A stretch of 64,000 nt of DNA from Caldisericota bacterium (GTDB lineage: Bacteria; Caldisericota; Caldisericia; UBA6126; JAGPKI01): positions 76 to 64,075 of the forward strand of contig JBPOJC010000005.1 of assembly GCA_052034135.1 (NCBI GenBank), written 5' to 3'. How positions within the stretch are numbered: position 1 is the stretch's first letter; the number at the start of each line of letters is the position of its first letter. Shown piece by piece: positions 57,742 through 64,000 of the stretch. Made by a program: the position numbers and the translations under genes. The notes under the pieces were generated by a model. The model ran no database searches. It saw only the letters and a list, made by a program, of their open reading frames with translations, and was not told where the DNA came from.

Positions 57742-58354
57742 TTTTTATTGCCCCTGCTCTTAAGACATTTATACCTTCTTTTGTTACTGATATAACAGTA
57801 GAGCTCTCACGTTCAGGCAGGTTTCCATAGTCAATTGTTAACGAAACTCGTGGTTCTTGATTATTTAGAGTTTCTTCTATTTCAAAGCCATTTTTAAAGG
57901 GTGGACTACCACTAATATTTGCGCTTGTAGTCATTAGAGGTATTTTGCAATATGCAAGCAAATCAAGGATTAGAGGAAAATTTGGTATTCTAATTCCAAT
58001 TGTATCCGATTCTTCTACGGAACAAAAAAGAGAAAGGTTTTTCTTTTTCTCAAACACAGCAGTAAGTGGTCCTGGCCAGTATTTATGAAGGATTCTATTT
58101 TTTAGTAACTCTGGTTCTTCTATATATTCACTTGCTTCTTCGATTGAAGCGAGGAAAAGAATCAATGGTTTTTCTTTATCTCTTTTCTTTATTTCATAAA
58201 TTTTTTCAACAGAGTTTTTAGAAAGCCCATTTGCCCCAAGCCCATAAACAGTATCAGTAGGAAATGCTATAATTTCTGATGAGTTAAGCGCTGTTTTTAT
58301 AATTTCTTTCTCTAAGAGAGATAGTTTAGCCTTATCCCTTGCATTTATGACCAT
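57728..58354 (-). CDS. tsaC: L-threonylcarbamoyladenylate synthase (YrdC/Sua5 family)
   Basis: AFPTDTVYGLGAN, KKRDKEKPL and TSANISG. Confidence 0.8.
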   Translation of the reverse strand: MVINARDKAKLSLLEKEIIKTALNSSEIIAFPTDTVYGLGANGLSKNSVEKIYEIKKRDKEKPLILFLASIEEASEYIEEPELLKNRILHKYWPGPLTAVFEKKKNLSLFCSVEESDTIGIRIPNFPLILDLLAYCKIPLMTTSANISGSPPFKNGFEIEETLNNQEPRVSLTIDYGNLPERESSTVISVTKEGINVLRAGAIKITEL

Positions 58355-58908
58355 TATTTCTTTTTGAGGTTAAGCATTTTATTTTCTGTATGGTTTAAAA
58401 GTCTTTTTATGTTTGATGAGTGTCTTATAATTCCAAGAGCGCAAGCGATAAAACCAAAAAGAATATTCTGTGGTGATTGAGCAAATATTCCTATAAATAT
58501 AGGAACAGATATATAACCTGCAATAGAAGCTAATGAAACATACCCAGAGAAAACTAAAACAATTAACCAGACTGAAAAAACAAGTAAAGCAATTTTAAAA
58601 TTAAAAGCTGTTATTACACCTATTGTTGTTGCAACACCTTTGCCACCTTTAAATTTTAAGAAAGGTGAAAAATCATGCCCTAATATTGCAAAAGATGAAA
58701 GCAATAGTAGGTTAGTGTCGTTTATGTTAAATAACTTAAGTCCAATATAATAAGGAATAAAACCTTTAAAGAAATCAAGAATAAACGATATTATGCCTAC
58801 TACTGGCCCAGCTACCCTGAATACATTTGTTGCGCCAATATTTCCACTTCCGTGGGATCTTATATCTATTCCTTTATACAGTTTGGCTAAAATGTATCCA
58901 AACGGCAT
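58354..58908 (-). CDS. plsY: Glycerol-3-phosphate acyltransferase PlsY (N-terminus probably longer than the ATG-defined ORF)
   Basis: HGSGNIGATN motif. The frame stays open upstream and encodes (I)INKEILFCVVSFLIGS, the expected first TM helix, up to ATT/ATA codons at 58954-58959. Confidence 0.85.
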   Translation of the reverse strand: MPFGYILAKLYKGIDIRSHGSGNIGATNVFRVAGPVVGIISFILDFFKGFIPYYIGLKLFNINDTNLLLLSSFAILGHDFSPFLKFKGGKGVATTIGVITAFNFKIALLVFSVWLIVLVFSGYVSLASIAGYISVPIFIGIFAQSPQNILFGFIACALGIIRHSSNIKRLLNHTENKMLNLKKK

Positions 58909-58955
58909 TGAACCAATAAGAAAAGAAACGACACAAAAGAGAATTTCTTTATTAA

Positions 58956-59810
58956 TTATAGGAAATAGCCTCCAATCACTCTTGGAATGCCAGCTAAATC
59001 TTTTCTTACAAATATATTTCTTAAACCTTGAAGATAGAATAACTCTTTAACTTTGTTCTCCTGTAAGCCTCCATCTATTTCAATAAGAAGCAAGCCATTC
59101 TTCTTTAAAAATTTATTAGCAGAGGATAAAATTTTATTTATTAATTCTAAACCTTCTTTTCCTCCGTTAAGTGCGATTAACGGCTCTGCTTTAACTTCTT
59201 TTGAAAGTTTTTTAATTCTTTCTGAAGGTATGTAAGGAGGATTAGAAATTATTAAGTCATATTTTTTACCAGTTGGTATAGGAGAGAAAAGATCTCCAAT
59301 ATATAAAGTAATCTTATCGCTTAAAGAGTATTTTTCGATATTTACTTTAGCTATACAAATTGCTTCTTCAGAAATATCAGTTGCGTCAATTTTTACATTT
59401 GGACAATTTAAGCATAGCGCAATTGACACTGCTCCACACCCAACACCTATTTCTAATACATTATTCTCGGTTGAAATATTGTTTTTGAGGAATTTTAATC
59501 CCTCTTCAACTAATATTTCTGTTTCCTGTCTTGGAATAAGCGCTCCATTTGCTACACTTAATTGTATGCCATAAAACTCTCTTTTCCCTGTTATGTAGTA
59601 TAATGGTTCACCAGAAATTCTTTTTCTAAGTAATTCTTTGTATTTAATATATGAAGAAGTGTCTATGTTATCAAAAATATTCTTGTAAAGTTCGGTTTTA
59701 CTCTTTTTTAAAACATAAGAAAGAAGCACTTCAGCTTCAGTTCTATTGGAAGAAAATTTCTTTAAGTACTTACTTCCGAAAGCTAAAGCCTCGTTTACAG
59801 TTTTTGCCAT
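58956..59810 (-). CDS. prmC: Release-factor glutamine N5-methyltransferase
   Basis: NPPY motif (ISNPPYIP) and the SAM-binding segment LEIGVGCGAVS. It lies downstream of prfA. Confidence 0.9.
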   Translation of the reverse strand: MAKTVNEALAFGSKYLKKFSSNRTEAEVLLSYVLKKSKTELYKNIFDNIDTSSYIKYKELLRKRISGEPLYYITGKREFYGIQLSVANGALIPRQETEILVEEGLKFLKNNISTENNVLEIGVGCGAVSIALCLNCPNVKIDATDISEEAICIAKVNIEKYSLSDKITLYIGDLFSPIPTGKKYDLIISNPPYIPSERIKKLSKEVKAEPLIALNGGKEGLELINKILSSANKFLKKNGLLLIEIDGGLQENKVKELFYLQGLRNIFVRKDLAGIPRVIGGYFL

Positions 59811-59811
59811 T

Positions 59812-60882
59812 TTAAATGACTAACTCCTTTTTTCGTTCTTCATCATATTTAACTCTTAAATTAGAAATTAGTTCATCTAATTCACCATTCATAATATCTG
59901 TTAAATTATAAAGAGTCAAGCCTATTCGATGATCTGTAACTCTATTTTGTGGAAAATTATAAGTTCTTATCTTTTCACTTCTTTCCCCCCAACCTATCTG
60001 GGATCTTCTCTTTTTTGCTTCTTCTTCATTACTTTTTTTAATTTCTATGTCGAGAAGTCTTGCCATCAAAACCTTTAGAGCTCTTTCTTTGTTTTGTAAT
60101 TGAGACCTTTCATCCTGACAGGAAACAGTTATGCCAGTAGGCATATGCGTTATTCTTACAGCTGTTTCATTCTTCTGAACGTTTTGACCACCATGACCAC
60201 CTGCTTTAAAAGTTTCTATTTTTAAATCCTCTTGCTTAATTTCTATTGAGGCTTCTTTAGCTTCAGGCATAACGGCAACTGTAACTGTTGAAGTATGAAT
60301 TCTACCACTTGATTCGGTTTCAGGAACTCTCTGAACTCTATGAACTCCACTCTCAAGCATTAAATATTTGTATACATTATTGCCTATAACTTCAAAAATA
60401 ATTTCTTTAAATCCACCAAGACCTGTAGGGTGAGAAGATATGATATCTATTTTCCAGCCTTTAGAAATAGCATAACCTGAATACATTCTAAACAACTCTG
60501 CTGCAAATAACGCTGCTTCTTCTCCTCCTGCGGCAGCTCTTATTTCCATTATAACATTGTTTTCCTCGAAAGGCTCTTCTGGAAGCGTCTTTTCCTCATA
60601 TTTTTTTAAAAGTTCTTCCTTCTTCTTTTGCAACAATGATAATTCACTTTCAATTTCTTCAACAAACTCTGGGTCATTTGATTCTTTTTTGAGAAGCATT
60701 AAATCTGTTTCTTCTTTTATTAATTTTTCATAATCTTGCACTATATCTATTAATTCTTTTAGTTTAGCTTCTTCCTTACTATATTTTATTAAAAGATCCT
60801 GATTTGATAATATTTCGTTGGAGGAGAGCTTCTCAAGTATTTCTTTATATTTATTTTTGAGTTCAATTGAATCTACGAGCAT
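59812..60882 (-). CDS. prfA: Peptide chain release factor 1
   Basis: GGQ motif (GGHGGQNVQK) and the RF1-type tripeptide region VQRVPETESSGRIHTS. Confidence 0.95.
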   Translation of the reverse strand: MLVDSIELKNKYKEILEKLSSNEILSNQDLLIKYSKEEAKLKELIDIVQDYEKLIKEETDLMLLKKESNDPEFVEEIESELSLLQKKKEELLKKYEEKTLPEEPFEENNVIMEIRAAAGGEEAALFAAELFRMYSGYAISKGWKIDIISSHPTGLGGFKEIIFEVIGNNVYKYLMLESGVHRVQRVPETESSGRIHTSTVTVAVMPEAKEASIEIKQEDLKIETFKAGGHGGQNVQKNETAVRITHMPTGITVSCQDERSQLQNKERALKVLMARLLDIEIKKSNEEEAKKRRSQIGWGERSEKIRTYNFPQNRVTDHRIGLTLYNLTDIMNGELDELISNLRVKYDEERKKELVI

Positions 60883-60885
60883 ATT

Positions 60886-62364
60886 TTAAACTTTTACACT
60901 GTCAACAGCTATACTTTCAAGAAATTTTTCATTTGAAGGGGTTTCACTTGCCCATTTGATTAATCTTTCTAAAGCCTCTGCAGAATCTAAGTTCGATAGG
61001 AATCTCCTTAAAGTCCAGATACGTTTAAGTTCATCATCGGAATAGAGAAGTTCTTCTCTACGAGTTCCGGATCTCTTAATATCAACTGCTGGGTAAAGCC
61101 TTCTTTCGGCTAACTTTCTGTCAAGCACTAACTCCATATTTCCTGTTCCTTTAAATTCTTCATAGATAATTTCATCCATTTTTGAACCCGTTTCAATTAA
61201 AGCTGTTGCTATAATCGTTAAACTACCACCACCATCTATATTTCTTGCAGCTCCAAGAACTTTTTTAGGTCCATGGATTGCAGCAGTATCAAGTCCTCCA
61301 GTTAATGTTCTACCTGTTGGAGTGACAGAAAGGTTATAGGCTCTTGTAAGCCTTGTAATGCCATCCAGTAGTATAACAACATCTTTTTTCAATTCCACCA
61401 GTCTTTTTGCTCTTTCGACAGCAAGTTCAACCACTCTTATATGGTTTTCTGGCAATTGGTCAAAAGTGGATGATAAAACTTCAGCTTTTACTGATCTTTG
61501 CATATCGGTAACTTCTTCTGGTCGTTCATCAATAAGAAGAATCATTAATGTGACTTCAGGATGGTTAATTGAAATACTTTGCGCTAACCTTTTAATTATG
61601 GTTGTTTTTCCAGCCTTAGGTGGAGAAACTATTAATCCTCTTTGTCCTTTACCCAAAGGTGTAATTAAATCGATAATTCTTATTGTTAAATTAGAAACAA
61701 ATTCAGATTCAAGCCTGAATCGTGAAAGCGGAAATATTGGAGTAAGGTTTTCAAATTTAGGGCGGGATTTTATCTCCTCAAGGCTTAAATTGTTAACCTT
61801 TTCAATTTTAAGTAAAGCAGGGTATTTCTCGTTACTTTGCGTTGGCAACCTGACTATACCATCAATTTCATCTCCCTCTCTTAAGCCAAATTTCTTTATC
61901 TGTGAAGGTGCTACGTAAATATCGGATGAGGTTGGTACATATTTACTAGACCTTAAAAAACCATATCCATCTGGATGAATATCTAAAATGCCATGACCTC
62001 TTGCAGTAGGAAATTTTGATAAAATTTCCTCTTTCGTAAATTTTGTTTCTTCATGATTTTTCTCTGTTTCAACTTTTGTTGATATTTCCTGGGTTTTTGC
62101 TGCTTCCTGGATTGGTTTAGTCTCATAAATTTCCTCTTTTACTTTTTTTGTCCTACCTCTTTTTTTAGGAGTTTTAACAGTTTCCTCTTTCGTGGGAGTT
62201 TCTTCTTTTGACTTGTTTTCGTAAGATTTAAGAATGAGTTCTATTAATTCATTCTTTTTATAGATCGTATATCGCTTAATTTTTTGTTTTTTTGCGACAT
62301 CGTAAAGATCTCTTGCACGGAACTTTTCTAATTCTTCCCTTGTATATTTTTTTTGATTTTCCAA
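60886..62364 (-). CDS. rho: Transcription termination factor Rho (with K/E/T-rich N-terminal insertion)
   Basis: Rho_N helix, a CSD-like RNA-binding domain (GILDIHPDGYGFLR), Walker A PPKAGKTT, and Q/R loops. Confidence 0.95.
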   Translation of the reverse strand: MENQKKYTREELEKFRARDLYDVAKKQKIKRYTIYKKNELIELILKSYENKSKEETPTKEETVKTPKKRGRTKKVKEEIYETKPIQEAAKTQEISTKVETEKNHEETKFTKEEILSKFPTARGHGILDIHPDGYGFLRSSKYVPTSSDIYVAPSQIKKFGLREGDEIDGIVRLPTQSNEKYPALLKIEKVNNLSLEEIKSRPKFENLTPIFPLSRFRLESEFVSNLTIRIIDLITPLGKGQRGLIVSPPKAGKTTIIKRLAQSISINHPEVTLMILLIDERPEEVTDMQRSVKAEVLSSTFDQLPENHIRVVELAVERAKRLVELKKDVVILLDGITRLTRAYNLSVTPTGRTLTGGLDTAAIHGPKKVLGAARNIDGGGSLTIIATALIETGSKMDEIIYEEFKGTGNMELVLDRKLAERRLYPAVDIKRSGTRREELLYSDDELKRIWTLRRFLSNLDSAEALERLIKWASETPSNEKFLESIAVDSVKV

Positions 62365-62403
62365 AATCCATTCCTCCTTAATTTTTAATGTTACTATTTA
62401 AAT

Positions 62404-62799
62404 TTATTTTTTAAAAGAAAGGTTGCATAATTCATCTGCTCTTTTATTCTCTTCTCTTGGGATATGAATCACTATTAAAGATGAAAAATTTTTACTAATT
62501 TCTTGTATTCTATCATAAAGAGCTTTAATTTTAGCATCTTTAACTTTATAAATGCCATTTAATTGTTTTACAAGTAGCTCACTATCGCTATATATAATCA
62601 CCTCTTTTTTGTCCGAAAAGTTTTTAACAATATCTTCTAAAGCGTTAATAAGTGCTGTGTATTCAGCAACATTATTTGTAGTCCTTCCAATGAGAGAATA
62701 CTTTTCTACTATTGTTTTGTTCCCTTCTTTTATTATGTATGCGTAACTTGCTTCCCCTGGGTTACCACGAGAGGCACCATCTATGTAAACTTCAAGCAT
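62404..62799 (-). CDS. RNase H family protein
   Basis: YIDGASRGNPG, NNVAEY and the DSE catalytic residues of the RNase HI fold. Confidence 0.75.
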   Translation of the reverse strand: MLEVYIDGASRGNPGEASYAYIIKEGNKTIVEKYSLIGRTTNNVAEYTALINALEDIVKNFSDKKEVIIYSDSELLVKQLNGIYKVKDAKIKALYDRIQEISKNFSSLIVIHIPREENKRADELCNLSFKK

Positions 62800-63512
62800 T
62801 ATTCAGACAGAAAAAGTATTCTACCACAATTTTCACAACATATAAGCATATTTGGATCTTTTTTAAGTTTTTGAATAATACTCAACGGTATACTCGACTT
62901 ACATACTCCACAAACATTACCTGAAACCACAGAGACAGATTTCCCCTGTCCAAGCAGCAATGATCTATCAAAAGCTTCAAGGTATTCAGGATTTATATCA
63001 TCTCTTAACATTTTACGACGAAGGTCAATTTCTTCAAGTATCTTTTTTGTTTCATTTTGTTCTTTATTAAATTCATCTTCCTTTTTCTTTAAATCTAACT
63101 CAACGTTTTTAAAGATTTCATCAAAACTATCTAACTTTTTTTTGAGTTCTTCCACTTCATCCATATAGATTAATACTGTTTCTTCGGATTTATCTTTTTT
63201 ATTTTTTAGCTCTTTGATTTTATTTTCAAGCTCTGCTAAAAATTTAGGGTTGGTAGATTTATTAGAGAAAAGCTCATTCTCGTATTTTTTAATATTATCT
63301 TCTAAAGTGCTAAGGTTAAGTTCTTCATCTTGGAGATATTTTTTCTTCTCAGTGAGCTCTTTTACTAATTCGCCTCTTTCTGATTGTAGATAATCGAATT
63401 TAGTTTTAATCTCTGAGAAATTTTTAAAGCTTTCTTTGGAAGCTTTTTTAATTTCTACTTCTTTATCTTGAAGCAACTGCAAATCATACAACAACTTTAT
63501 GTCATCGCTCAT
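62799..63512 (-). CDS. Coiled-coil protein with C-terminal C4 zinc ribbon (COG1579-like)
   Basis: A long heptad-rich body and CGVCKSSIP..CCENCGRILF. I recall this family as commonly paired with an RNase H gene. Confidence 0.6.
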   Translation of the reverse strand: MSDDIKLLYDLQLLQDKEVEIKKASKESFKNFSEIKTKFDYLQSERGELVKELTEKKKYLQDEELNLSTLEDNIKKYENELFSNKSTNPKFLAELENKIKELKNKKDKSEETVLIYMDEVEELKKKLDSFDEIFKNVELDLKKKEDEFNKEQNETKKILEEIDLRRKMLRDDINPEYLEAFDRSLLLGQGKSVSVVSGNVCGVCKSSIPLSIIQKLKKDPNMLICCENCGRILFLSE

Positions 63513-63562
63513 TTTTTCATTTTAACACTGTATTATTGGGTTCCAAAACTTAAAGGTCAAAC

Positions 63563-63635
63563 TGGGCCCTGAAGGACTCGAACCTCCGACTTGCTGGTTA
63601 TGAGCCAGCCGCTCTACCGACTGAGCTAAGGGCCC
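63563..63635 (-). tRNA. tRNA with CAT anticodon (elongator Met, or Ile2 if lysidine-modified)
   Basis: The reverse complement GGGCCCTTAGCTCAGTCGGTAGAGCGGCTGGCTCATAACCAGCAAGTCGGAGGTTCGAGTCCTTCAGGGCCCA folds as a cloverleaf. G1-C72 is paired, so it is not an initiator. Confidence 0.9.
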
Positions 63636-63889
63636 CTGCTAATAAAGCCTCCTAAATAATTTGTATAAAGTAATAAAGTGTAAATTAATCGATTAATCAG
63701 GAAAATATTAAACACAAATAAAAAAAAGTCAAGCTTGCGGTTTAGTCTAAATTATTTCACTCTAAATCGTTTTATTTTATCTCGAAAATATTATTCTTTT
63801 TATAACTATTGCTTCTCTTGCTTTTCCAAGCAATTACAGTTATAAAAATACAATATGTTTTTTCATGAAAATAAGAATTCAGAATACAG

Positions 63890-64000
63890 AATGTATGAAA
63901 AAATATGGATCCCCGATAAAAGATTTCGGGGATGACAGTATGGTGGAGTTCGAGGATGACATTTTGGTGCCTTTGAATGACCCCTCTCTCTGTCACCCTG
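63890..64000. repeat. Repeat cluster running off the window end
   Basis: 63907-63936 (ggatccccgataaaagatttcggggatgac) is the reverse complement of the 6889/7400 hairpin module. It is followed by GAGGATGAC and TGTCACCCTG module fragments. Confidence 0.8.

Overview
Visibly AT-rich bacterial chromosome segment, probably from an uncultivated anaerobe; the phylum cannot be assigned from sequence alone. About 60 credible genes are packed into short operons. Housekeeping content includes an HdrA/MvhD-type flavin/Fe-S oxidoreductase cluster next to a minimal sufCB, hutU, lgt, tyrS, htrA and a buk-ptb-buk butyrate module. It also includes a division cluster (tRNA-Arg, ftsQ-like, ftsZ, yggS, sepF), guaB, a MacB/FtsX-type ABC system, clpC, mscL, a peroxiredoxin, and tsaC-plsY-prmC-prfA-rho. 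The outstanding region is 9.9-18.5 kb. It holds an array-less type III CRISPR effector operon in the order I recall for subtype III-C (cmr1-cmr6-cas10-cmr4-cmr5-cmr3). An AbiE abortive-infection toxin-antitoxin pair sits between cmr6 and cas10. The AbiEii nucleotidyltransferase reads in frame, with no stop codon, straight into an HD-positive, GGDD-negative Cas10 (one 1227-aa ORF). A canonical SD+ATG is still present at the domain junction. No CRISPR array, cas6, cas1/cas2 or CARF/SAVED effector is visible in the window. To the left of this operon lie about 3.7 kb of largely non-coding DNA with a dense mosaic of short hairpin repeats and a probable DNA-methyltransferase remnant. The same repeat family recurs at about 39.0, 53.3 and 63.9 kb. 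All functional calls rest on motif recognition by eye in the supplied translations; no database search was possible.
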